DNA from: Mobula birostris
Lineage: Eukaryota
Assembly (NCBI RefSeq): GCF_030028105.1
Contig: NW_027276046.1
Span: 1-45,698 of the forward strand
Reading direction: 5' to 3'
Length of the DNA stretch: 45,698 bases
Each line of letters begins with the position of its first letter. Positions within the stretch are counted from its first letter, which is position 1. Under the pieces are notes generated by a model. It did no database searches. It was given only the letters and a program-made list of their open reading frames with translations, and was not told the origin of the DNA. Below are positions 23,801 through 35,549 of the stretch, piece after piece. Made by a program: the position numbers and the translations under genes.

Positions 23801-24990
23801 CAATTCATAATTCAAGTCAATTAAAATGTTGCCTACAATGTAAGCTGGAAAGATTCCTATCTTGTCCAGGCATGCTTGGGCATGCTTAGGCGGCACGGCT
23901 GCTGCATGGCAGGACAGGTTTTAGTAATAATTTTTGGGTTCAGGACTGTAAGGATGGAATTTGCTATCACCAGGCACAAACATTTCTATGAAGGATTTTG
24001 ATATTTGAGACAGATGCTTCCCAGAATAACTGATGCCAAGATTAAGGAAAGTATTTTTGTTGGTCCACAAATCAAACAGGTCATCAATGACAGGCAATTT
24101 GAAGAATTTCTAGTGGGACCGGAGAAAATCACAAGTCATTCAAGGAAGTTGTTGAAACTTTTCTCGGTATCTATAGAGCACCAAACTACATGCAGCTGGT
24201 TGAAAGCATGCTTCAAGCATACAAAACCTTGAAATGCAACATGTCACTAAAGATTCATTTTCTCCACTCCCATTTAGACTTCTTCCCTGCAAATCTTGGT
24301 GCTGTTAGTGACGAGCATGGTGAGAGGTTTCACCAGGACGTTGCGGTCATGGAGAAAAGATATCAGGGCAACTGGAATCCATCAATGCTGGTGGATTATT
24401 TTTGGACAGTTAAGCAAGAAGCCGCAGACATTGAGCACAAATGAAAATCATTAACAAAATATTTTCATCTTAGTTGAACTATTGCAAAGCATCAGCACCA
24501 TTATGCAATTAAACACATTATATTCAATAAAAGTTAATTTGTTGTTTCTCCAAATTCCTACGTGATCCAAGTAGTCTGAAATTATATTTGTGTTCATCTT
24601 CAAGCAGTCTATCATAAATAAAAAAAACTCTGAGGAAGCAACATTTTTGAAAAAATTGTTGTGCAGTAATATTATCCAGTTCACCAACTCAAAAGTCCTG
24701 TCGGCGCACTTCTGTCTTCCTTGACGATATCTTCTTGGTCCTTGCTACCAACGCTGTGGTCTTTAGTCTCTGCCTATATGCTGGGAGTTGAAGTACATCC
24801 AGGTGATCAGCCTTACCAAAGTGTGGCCATGTGCTGGCACGGTAACCGTTGTTGATGGTGGTATCACAGTGGTCAAGTGTTGGCTCGTCTGGTTCCACAG
24901 GAGATATGTGAGTGGTCATTGTTCAGAGACTTCCTCAAGATGTCCTGGTTCATATCCGGGTGTGCTATTTCGTGTTTACTGATCACGGCG
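20860..24990 (-). mobile_element. Rex1/Babar-like LINE, fragmented by nested insertions
   Basis: Collinear minus-strand ORF2 pieces: 24689-24919 (...WPHFGKADHLDVLQLPAYRQRLK), 23251-23679 (NEYATVVTNF...YPKQKLWMDQE), 21920-22386 ([32 protein letters not shown]...KCFERLV) and 21196-21645 (ERVSSFKFLGVNISEHLSW...KKAWQWLYF). Clade assignment is from remembered motifs. Confidence 0.75.
23667..24668 (+). mobile_element. Internally deleted DNA transposon, Chapaev3-like (CMC superfamily)
   Basis: Imperfect TIRs: left CACTGGACAACAA (23667-23679) versus right reverse complement TACTGCACAACAA (24656-24668). ATA flanks both ends. Frameshifted transposase C-terminus ITDAKIKESIFVGPQI / MSLKIHFLHSHLDFFPANLGAVSDEHGERFHQD...EKRYQG at 24005-24444. 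Family name is from recall. Confidence 0.72.
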
Positions 24991-25904
24991 CTCAGCTCTT
25001 CCAGTGACTGCCCGATGTTGGCCTGAGGTGGCTGCCCCACACCATGCCTGGATCTGCTGTAGACTAATGGACTGAAATTGTTTGCAATCATTCATCAACA
25101 ACTCCATTATCACTGTGTCATGTGACAGGGGACTGAACTCAGCAGGATTTAATCGTGAGCAGTGCCCTGCAATGATCTTTGTCCGCCCTGCAACTATTCA
25201 CTGATATTACTAATGATGTGGATGATGGGACACAAAGCCATGTCTATGAGTGTCCAGCAAGTGAAAAGCAGACTCCACAGGAAATAGAATGGCAGGGAGG
25301 TTTAAAGTGTAGAGATGGAAATAGATGAAGTGAATAGGACAACTGGAACAAAGTGAGATCATTGACTAGGGCAGGCAAGTTACAGAAATGAAAAGAGAGA
25401 TTTTTCATGGGAGATTCGAAAGTCAGCATCAGAATTTTCATTCTGGAGGAATCTCAGGCTCAGTCCTAACGATATGAGGCAGCTCATTGATTCAGCTCAA
25501 TGTCACAAATGGATCTACAGGCTCTCACATGCTCCAAGACAAGAAGATTTCAGGAAATGTCGTCTTTCATGAGAAACTGCATCTCTCATTGCAATTGACA
25601 GCTCTGATAGTGCATTTGATTGGCATTGCAGCAGCTAAATGTCACGTAGCTGGGCAACTGTCCTGTAGTCCCTGTTGTGACCCAACTGGGTCCCAAGGAA
25701 AGAAGCTCCTTGATGTTTGATTTTGTTTTCTCATTCAAAGGTTGTAAACAGAGATGAGCAAACCCACTCTGCAGACAAACCTGATTTCACCCCATTGTAC
25801 AATTATGTACAAGTTGAGCTTCAGGATAAGTCTGAGCTGAAGTTGTCAAGCCAGCTGACAATAGATATCGTCCAGTTTGTAAGTTTTCTATTACTCATCT
25901 ACAG

Positions 25905-26207
25905 AGTTGTCCGTCTTTATCCAAAATCCCTCCATTGAAGAGATGTGGATCAACCAGACCGCTACTCTGGTGTGTATGATTGTGGGTGCTGATCTGAGCC
26001 AGGTCCAAATCCACTGGAAAGTGAACGAGAGGGAGAAAATTAAAGCAAATGTGACCAAAAAACCAAGAGAGGAAGGAACCCAAGATACAGTGATCAGCCA
26101 ACTCCAGACCAGTGTGGAGGAGTGGACCAGTGGGGTGGAGTACACTTGCTCTGCCCGACAACCTTCTGCAACCTCACCAGTATCAGCACGGACAAAAAGT
26201 ACCAAAG
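25905..26207 (+). CDS. IgW: Duplicated IgW CH3-like exon (CH3')
   Basis: Acceptor catctacAG; 303-nt open frame ELSVFIQNPSIEEMWINQTATLVC...IHWKV...SVEEWTSGVEYTCSA...RTKSTK; donor G|GTGGGC. About 52/101 aa identical to CH3 by manual alignment. Confidence 0.92.
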
Positions 26208-26290
26208 GTGGGCAAGAGGTCAGCGATTAAAATGGACAACGTTGGTTACCTCAGTAAAAATGTTTGACATTTCCATTGTTTGCCCATCAG

Positions 26291-26614
26291 TTCCACTGGA
26301 GACAAAAAGTCCCAAAGTCAGACTGCTGCCACCGCCAGAGGGAGGGACCAACAGTGGGAACACGGTCACCCTCGAGTGTGTTGCCTCTGGATTCTACCCG
26401 GAACAAATAACCGCCACCTGGGAGAAAGGGGACTCTCTGATCTCTTCCAACACCAGTGTGAGACCAACTGCTCTGGAACAGGCAGGGACTTTCATTGCCA
26501 GCTACGACCTGACCGTGAGCACAGAGGAGTGGAAGGAAGACTCAGTTTTCAGATGCACAGTGTCTCATCCCCCCTCCAACACCAGTGTCAGGCAGGATGT
26601 GAAAAACATTCAAG
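26291..26614 (+). CDS. IgW: Duplicated IgW CH4-like exon (CH4')
   Basis: Follows an 83-nt intron homologous to the CH3-CH4 intron; 324-nt open frame VPLETKSPKVRLLPP...TLECVASGFYPEQITATWEKG...EWKEDSVFRCTVSHPPSN...KNIQ; donor G|GTATGA. About 65/105 aa identical to CH4. Confidence 0.92.
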
Positions 26615-28580
26615 GTATGATTCTGAGATTCACTGTACTGTTGACATCCTCTGCCACAGTCACAACCCAGGGACAAGCAAGGTCAATAGGTAACGGCAAG
26701 TCTGGCATTGTTGTAATTGTGTGAGTGGATTAATAATGCAGAGGCAGAGAGTGGGAAAGAATCAGAGTTCATTCAATGCTTCAAGCCAGTTTTAGATTAC
26801 AAACTATTTCACTGATGTTCTTTGGTGAAGGACACTGCCCTTCCTACCCTGTTTACCTGTATCCATCAGTCCCACACCAAACTCTTCACTGCTCTGTGAC
26901 GGACCTGCTGGAGCAGAGCAAGGAATGCCGGCCTTGTCAGTGAGGGAATGATGAAATAATGACTGCAGGGTCAATGTTCTCACACCAGCATCTCAGAAAC
27001 ATGAAGCAAGTCTATCTGTCAGCAGAACTGGAGGAACTGAGTTTCACTGGAGCAGGCATCGTGGAATGTAACTGGACACCAGACAGTTGTTGAGTTCCAG
27101 TAAACCAGAGAGATGCACAGTACTCAGCCAGGCACAGAACTAGTGCTGAAGCAATGGTACAGAGTACACTTGTGATGCTCTCTCAATGTTATCCCTTTCT
27201 CTGTTCACAAGTGTTTTCTAACCCACTGAACACTTTCCACAATTTCTCTTTCATTTCCAAAAGTAAAAAGCCTTTACATTTTAGATGTGGAGAGATCACT
27301 CCTGGTGTAAATATTAGCCTGAATGGTGTAAGAGCAGAATATTCCAGGAAAACTTCAGATGAATAAAAAAGTCCATTCCCAGTAGGAACCCTCTAAAGCT
27401 ACACTTCCTCATCAGATAAAAGGACAAGTGTCAGGTCACTGAGTTCTTTGCAGCAGAGATTCCCGTGGCCAGCTACCCCACTGGTCAACCTCCAGTTGGT
27501 GGCTGATCCTACAACAATGTGGTTTATCTCCCTGAAACAAGCAAGGTTACCTGCAAGTTCTTTCTCATTAGCTCAAAATGGAAATATATATTTCCATGAT
27601 TAAATACATCAAAATAAATTACTAACATGTCTGAGATCCTGCAGTTTTTTTTAAAAACTTCCTAGTGTCAGGTCTGATCCTGTTGGAAACTTCTGTAGAC
27701 TACATGAGAGGTTGAATGTCAGCCTGTGTTTGTGCAATCAAAGTTCAATAAAGAAGGTACGGAAAGCATTCGGCTGCCAGTGTTCCGTGCCGGTATGTTT
27801 TGGGATACAACTGTGTGACTCAAACATGAGGGGCTGGAAGTGTTGCCTGGTTGGTTCTGTCCTTCATTATATAGACAGGCAGACAGACATTCAAATGGTT
27901 ATAGGTGTATGTGTATTCTAGTTTCTACTGTACAGATGACAGAACATTCTGGATTGGTCCGCAGTTTCAAATATACAAAGGTAATTGACAGGGAAAGATA
28001 TTTCATCAACTTTGTGAAGACATTTAGTGATCTCATTCAGAAAGTGGAGAGCTACAGAAAGAAGGGACAATATGTAGACAGTGATGCCCTGTGACCTGCA
28101 GCAATGTGTTCAGTGCTGACACTATTCACTAGATTTATTCATGGTTTAGATATTGGGCAGAAACACACATGACAAACTTTGCCACTCACACAAGGCTGGC
28201 AGATCTGTTAGCAGTCTGAAAGGCTTTAACTGCAGAGATAATAATCAATGAAATGAATACGCAGGAACTAACAGCAGGTCTTTGGATAAACTGTCTTGGA
28301 GGGACTGCTGAACATACATGCACTTCCCAGAGTAAATTACAAACTGGGATGATGTTTAATGAACGCTAAGTGAATATCTGGTCAATATTTTTAACGGAGC
28401 GAACATAGTCGTTTCGGAGAAACTAGTTCATTTAGCTCTATCCAGCTGCTCCCTGGTTACAAATGACATGCTGTGGGGAAACATGACTTGAGTCATTAAG
28501 TTTACTCAAGTTTATTGCCATGTTGATCTTCAAGAAACATCGACAAGAAACTAACAGTCTCACTTTCTCAATTCTTTCAG

Positions 28581-28723
28581 GAATCTGCACAGACTTGACA
28601 GGAGAGGAGGGGAAGGAAGAACAGGGACACGTGGATGGAGATGACAATGTGCTTACAGTTGCTGCCTTTGCCATTCTGTTCATCATCAGTTTCCTCTACA
28701 GCACCTTCGTCACCGTTATCAAG
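28581..28723 (+). CDS. IgW: Ig transmembrane exon TM1
   Basis: Acceptor attctttcAG; phase-1 frame GICTDLTGEEGKEEQGHVDGDDNV-LTVAAFAILFIISFLYSTFVTVIK, an acidic spacer plus a hydrophobic helix with the conserved antigen-receptor TM pattern (LF..S..YST..T); phase-0 donor AAG|GTAACC. Confidence 0.92.
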
Positions 28724-28919
28724 GTAACCAAGTGACTAACAGAGACTCCCATGAAACCCAAACTTTCACCTTCCTTACTTCACATTGCATTCTCTGACAC
28801 TGCAATCCCAACGACAGCACAGTCAACAGACAATGCAGTCTGAAGCCCTTCACAACCCCTGGGAACTTTACACCTTTCCTCTTTACTCGAAGACTCTGGG
28901 CCTTGATAAGCAGAAGTTA

Positions 28920-30555
28920 TGACCTGTAGAAAAGGGACAGGTTACACCTGAATCGATGGAGGCAAATAGATTTGCAGACCAGTTTGCTAGAGTTGTTCAG
29001 AAGGGTTGGAACAAATTTGGCAGGGGGATGGGAAATGAAGTGAAAGGGTTGAGGATCAAGTTGTTGGTTTACAAACAGAAGCAGTGTGTAGTGAGACTGC
29101 TAGCAAGAAGAAGTTGATGTTCGGGTAAAATTGCCGTCAACGGGATGAGTTACAATGTAAAAGGGAGACAAAATTTTGAACTGTGATAAACACAAGACTG
29201 AAGGTGTTATATCTGAACGCACATAGTATACGGAATACACTATGCTAGATGAACTTGTAACACAGCTACAGATTGGCATGTATGACATTATGGGTATCAC
29301 TGAATTGTGGCTGAAAGAAGATTACTGTATAACTGGGAGCTTGATGTCCAAGGATACATATTGTATCGAAAGGACAGGGAAGTAGGCCGAAGGTGTGGTG
29401 TGGCTGTGTTGGTAAAAAATTAAATTAAATGATTAGAAAGAGGTGACATAGGATCAGATGGTATAGAACCGTTCTAGGTAGAGCTAAGAATTTGCAAGGG
29501 TGAAAGTCCCTGATGGGAATTAGAAACAGACCTGCAAATAGTATAACAAATATGTGGTCTACAAATTACAATGGGAGACGGAAGATGCATGTCAAAAGTG
29601 CAATGTTAAGATAATCAATGGGAATTTCAGTATGCAGGTTGATTGAGATGGATTGCACCTGAACTGCAGGGGAACAATTAACCTGGCTTCAAGATTTGCT
29701 GATGCTACATGGGAGAGTTTAAGGGATTCTGATCGGGCTGAATTTGTTAAGTGCATCCAAGAAGGTTTCTCAAATCAATATGTGTATGGTCCAATGAAAG
29801 GAGGGGCCATACTGCTCCTGGTACTGGAGAATGAGCCTGGCCAGGTGACTGATCTTTCAGTGGGTGAACAGTAAGGGAAGAGTGACAACTCGTTAACTTT
29901 CAGGATAACTATTGACAAGGATAGGTATTATCCTTGTGGAACAATTTTAAATTGGCATAGGGCAATTTACAAGGGCATTTGGCAGGAACCAAGAATTGTT
30001 AATTGTAAACACCTTTTCTCTGGCAAGTTCACATCAGACATGTGGAAGGTGTTTAAAGAGCAATTGCACAGAGTACAGGAAAAGTATGTTCCTGTCAGAA
30101 GGAAGGATGAGGATGCAAAGATAAGAGAACCCTGGATGTTCAGAGAGGTGATGAGTTTAGTCAAGAAGAAAAAGATCAAGTATGTAAAGGTTGAATCAAA
30201 CAAAGCACATTAGGGGTATAAAGAAGCCAGAAAGGAACTAAAGGAAATTAGGAAAGCCAGCAGGGGCTATGAAAAGTCCTTGGCAAGTTAGATTAAGGTG
30301 AATCCCAAGGCATTCTATACATATGTCAAGGGTAAGAGGATAACTCGGGAGAGGGTGGGACCACTTAATGATAAAGGGGGGAATATCAGCTTGGATGCAG
30401 AGAATGTGAGTGAGGTACTTAATGAGTACTTTGCTTCAGTATTTACAAAGGAAAAAGATGTGGATGACCAAGAGATCAGTGCTGAATGTACAAATAAATT
30501 CGGGCATTTCGAGGTAAAGTTGGAGGAAGTATTGGGCCTCCGTAAAGGGATTAAC
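28920..30555 (+). mobile_element. Two degenerate CR1 fragments
   Basis: ORF1-end and endonuclease-like remnants (28920-29640), then ENEPGQVTDLSVGE and NPKAFYTYVKGKRITRERVGPL...LNEYFASVFTKE segments. Confidence 0.82.
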
Positions 30556-30559
30556 ATAG

Positions 30560-33500
30560 GAACATAGAAACTTAGAAAACCTACAGCACAATACAGGCCC
30601 TTTGGCCCACAAAGTTGTGCTGAACATGTCCCTAACTTGGAAATTACTAGGCTTACCCATAGCCCTCTATTTTTCTAAGCTCCATGTACCTATCCAAAAG
30701 TCTCTTAAAAGACTCTATCGTATCCACGTTCACCACCGTTGACAGTAGCCCATTACACGCACTCACAACTCTCTGCATAAAAAAAAACATACCATCTCCT
30801 CTGTACCTACTCCCCAGCACCTTAAACCTGTGCCCTCTTGTGGCAACCATTTCAGTCCTGGGAAAAAGCCTCTGACTATCCACACGGGCAATGCCTCTCA
30901 TCATCTTATACACCTCTATCAGGTCACCTCTCATCCTCCGTCGCTCCAAGGAGAAAAGGCCGAGTTCACTCAATCTGTTTTCATAAGGCATGCTCCCCAG
31001 TCCAAGCAACATCCTTATAAACCTCCTCTGCACCCTTTCTATGGCTTCCACATCCTTCCTGTAGTGAGGCGAACAGAACTGAGCACAGTACTCCAAGTGG
31101 GGTCTGACCAGGGTCCAACATTACCTCTCGGCTCCTAAATTCAATTTGACGATTAATGAAGGCTAATACACCGTATGCCTTCTTAACCACAGAGTCAACC
31201 TGGGCAGCTGCTTTGAGCATCCTATGGACTTGGACCCCAAGATCCCTCTGATCCTCCACCCTGCCAAGAGTCTTACCATTACTACTATATTCTGCCATCA
31301 TACTTGACCTGCCAAAATGAACCACTTCACACTTATCTGGGTTGAACTCCATCTGCCACTTCTCAGCCCAGTTTTGCATCCTATCAATGTCCCACTATAA
31401 CCTCTGACAGCCTTCCACACTATCCATAACACCACCAACCTTTGTGTCATCAGTAAACTTACTAACCCATCCCTCCACTTCCTCATCCAGGTCATTTATA
31501 AAAATCACGAAGAGTAGGAGTTCCAGAACATATCCCTGAGGCATACCACTGGTCACCAACCTCCATGCAGAATATGACCCATTTACAACCACTCTTTGCC
31601 TTCTGTGGGCAAGCCAGTTCTGGATCCACAAAGCAATGTCCCCTTGGATTCCATGCCTCCTGACTTTCTCAATAAGCCTGGCATGGGGTACCTTATCAAA
31701 TGCCTTGCTGAAATCCATATACGCTACATCTACTGCTCTTCCTTCATCAATGTGTTTAGTCATATCCTCAAAAAATTCAATCAGGCTTGTAAGGCACGAC
31801 CTGCCCTTGACAAAGCCATGCTGACTATTCCTAATCATACTATATCTCTCCAAATGTTCAAAAATCCTGCCTCTTAGGACCTTCTCCATCACCTTACCAA
31901 CCACTGAAGTAAGACTCACTGGTCTATAATTTCCTGGGCTATCTCTACTCCCTTTCTTGAATAAAGGAACAACATTTGCAACCCTCCAATCCTCCAGAAC
32001 CTCTCCTGTCACCATTGACGATTCAAAGATCATTGCCAGAGGCTCAGCAATCTCCTCCCTCGCCTCCCACAGTAGCCTGGGGTATATCTCATCCGGTCCC
32101 GGCAACTTATCCAACTTGATGCTTTCCAAAAGCTCCAGCACATCCTCTTTCTTAATATCTATATGCTCAGGCTTTTCAGTCTGCTGCAAGTCATCACTAC
32201 AATTACCAAGATCCTTTTCCATAGTGAATACTGAAGTAAAGCATTCATTAAGTACCTCTGCTATTTCTTTCGGTTCCGTACACACTTTCCCACTGTCACA
32301 CTTGATAGGTCCTACTCTTTCACATCTTAGCCTCTTGCTCTTTACATACTTGTAGGATGCCTTGGGGTTTTCCTTAATTCTGCCTGCCAAGACCTTCTCA
32401 TGGCCCTTTCTGGCTCCCAGAATTTCCTTTTTAAGCTCCTTCCTGTTAGCATTATAATCTTCTAGATCTCTAACATTACCTAGCTCTCTGAACCTTTTGT
32501 AAGCTTTTCTTTTCTTCTTGACTAGATTTATTACAGCCTTTGTGCACCATGGTTCCTGTACCCTACCATAACTTCCCTGTCTCATTGGAATGTACCTATG
32601 CAGAACTCCACACAAATATCCCCTGAACATTTGCCACATTTCTTCCATACTTTTCCCTGAGAATATCTGTTCCCAATTCAAGCTTCCAATTTCCTGCCTG
32701 ATAGCCTCATAATTCCCCTTACTCCAATTAAACGCTTTTCTAACTTGTCTGTTCCTATTTCTCTCCAATGCTATTGTAAAGGAGATAGAATTATGATCAC
32801 TACCTCCAAAATGCTCTTCCACTGAGAGATCTGACACCTGACCAGGTTCATTTCCCAATACCAAATCAAATACAGCCTAACTCCCTGTAGTCTTTTTTTC
32901 AGGACCTCTTCCCTTTTCCTACCAATGTCATTGGTACCAATATGTACCACGACCTCTGGCTGTTCTCTCTCCCACTGCAGGATACCTTGGACGTGATCTG
33001 AAACATCCCGGATCCTGGCACCTGGGAAGCAAACTACCATCCAAGTTTCTTTCCTGCATCCACAGAATCGCCTGTCTGACCCCGTAACTATAGAGTCCCC
33101 TATCATGACTGCCGTTCTCTTCCTTTCCCTCCCCTTCTGAGCCACAGGGCCGGACTCTGTGCCAGAGGCACAGCCACTGTTGCTTCCCCCAGGTAAGCTG
33201 TCCCCCCCAACAGTACTCAAACAGGAGTACTTATTGTCAAGGGGTACAGCCACAGGGGTACTCTCTAGTATCTGACTCTTCCTCTTCCCTCTCCTAACTG
33301 TTACCCACTTGTCTGTCTCCCGTGGCCCCGGTGTGACCACCTGCTTATAACTCCTCTCTATCACCTCCTCACTCTCCCTGATCAGACGAAGGTCATCGAG
33401 CTGCATCTCCAGTTCCCTAACGCGGTCCCTTAGGAGCTGCAGCTTGACACACTGGGTGCAGATATGGCTGTCTAGGAGACTAGGAGACTCCAGGACCTCC

Positions 33501-33790
33501 CACATCTGACACCGAGCACAGAACACCAGCCTCACACACATACTTCCTTTCCGCTATGAACACAGGTAAACCCACCTTGCCTCGCTACTGCCTAAGCCCA
33601 TTGAGCTAAAGCCCTCTCACTCTGCTACTTCTCACTCCGTTGCCTGCTCTGAATGCTGCCCACTGAATATGGCGGTCTTCTTTTTGAACTTTTCCTGCTC
33701 TACTGGTTGATGTCATGTGCTTGCGCAGTCTTGCCTCTCTTTTACCCCGAGTAGCAAAATGCCTTCGCTCGAGAAATCCTTAGCCGTTCA
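30560..33790 (-). mobile_element. Long CR1 LINE with ORF1 and RT, endonuclease largely deleted
   Basis: ORF1 at 32771-33541 (Cys-rich N-terminus, heptad LRDRVRELEMQLDDLRL, esterase-like VMIGDSIV...VHIGTND). RT ORF at 31395-32864 (PGNYRPVSLTSVVGK, QHGFVKGRSCLT, MDFSKAFDKVPH, FTDDTK). Frameshifted 3' pieces at 30653-31379. Confidence 0.93.
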
Positions 33791-33849
33791 CTGGCAGCCT
33801 TCCTGCTCCGAATTAAGATGCATAAGTCATCAGAACTAATATTGTACCT

Positions 33850-35350
33850 CTGTTTATGAAGGGAACAAGGGCACACCTTTAATGGCAAGGTTCTTAACAG
33901 TGTTGCTGAGCAGAGAGATCTTGTGATCCAGGTTCAATCACCTTGAAAATGGCTACACAGTTCAATAAGGGGCTTAACAAGATTTGCAGAAGGCTTGCTT
34001 GTATTAGTTGCGGCATTGAGTTCAAAGGTCAGGACGTTATTTTGCAACTTTATAAAAGCCTGGTTCGATCACATCTGGAGTATTGCGTAGAGTTCAGGTT
34101 GGCCCACTATAGGAAATATGCTGAGGCTTCGGAGAGGTTGCAGAAGAGGTTTACCAGGATGCTGCCTGGTTTAGAGGGCATGTGCTATCATGAGAGGCTG
34201 GATAAACTTGGTTTGTTTCCTCTGAGCATCAGATAGAGGTGTACAAGATTATGAGAGGCATATGAGTGGACAGAGAGTATCTCTTTCTCAGTTGTTGTAA
34301 GGAAGTAGGAGGGCTATGCACATGGTGAAAGTAGGAGGGATTGATGTCTGGATGGTTTTGATTTGCTTTATAGCTGGTTTAGCACAATATTGTGGGCTGA
34401 ACGGCCTGTGCTGTACTAAATCATTAAGGTGCCGGATTCCAAGGGAAGGAATTTGTAGAATGCCTACGAGCTTGTTTTTTCAGAGCAGCTGGTGATTGAG
34501 CCCACCAGGCAATTAGCTATTCTGCATTGGGGGTTGTGCAATGAACCAGAGTTAAAAGTAAAGGAACTCGTAAAAGTAAAGCATAGACTATTTTCTAAAT
34601 AGAGAGAAAATTCAAAAATCTGAGGTGCAAATGGACTTGGGAGTCCTTGTGTGGGATTCCCTGAAGGTTAATTTGCAGGTTGAGTCAGTGGTGAGGAAGG
34701 CAAATGTGATGTCAGCATTAATTTCAAGGGGACTACAAGATAAATGCAAGGATGTAATATTGAAGCTTTCAAAAGCACTGGTAAGGCCTCACATTGACTA
34801 CTGTGAGCAATTTTGGCCCCCTTATCTAAGAAAGGATGTGCTGACATTGGAGGGGGTTCAAAGGAATTCATGTAAATGATTCCAGAATTGAAAGCATGTC
34901 ATATGAAGACCGTTTGATGGCTTTGGGCCTGTGCTCAGTGGAATTCAGAAGAATAAGGGCTGACATTATTGAAACTGATCAAATGTTGAAAGGCCTTGAT
35001 AGAGTGGATATAGAGAGGATGCTTCTCATGGTGGAAAAGTCTATGACCAGAGAACACAGCATCAAAATTGAGGGGCCTGTTTTAGAAAGGATATCAGGAC
35101 AAATTTTTTTCAGCAGAGAGTGATGAATCTGTGGAAGTTGCTGCCACATGCAGCTGTGGAGGCCAATTCTTTAGGTATATTCAAGGCAGAGGTTGATAGA
35201 TTCTTGATTAGTCAGGGCATGACGGGATACAGGGAGAAGGCAGGAGATTGGGACTGAGAGGGAAAGTGGATCAGCCATGATGAAATGGTGAAGCAGACTT
35301 GATGGGCCAAAATGGCCTAATTCTACTGCTATATCTTATGGTTTTAATGG
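33850..35350 (+). mobile_element. Degenerate CR1 3' fragments
   Basis: LYKSLVRSHLEYCV...RLQKRFTRMLPGLE (33943-34236) and ALVRPHIDYCEQFW...FRRIRADIIET (34625-35123). Confidence 0.85.
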
Positions 35351-35549
35351 AGGAGACCTGAGGGTTAAGAGCTATTTCAAAAAACTTGGGTTGATTAGGA
35401 TTAGTCAACAAGGCTGTGTGTGTGGGAGATTATGTCTCATGAATTTCCTCCATTTCAACCCTGCTCCACCTTCCATAAGACCACAAGGTTTCTCTCTTTC
35501 TGTTCCTATTTGTTCACTCCTCATCTATTAGGACATGGTAGTTTAGTGA

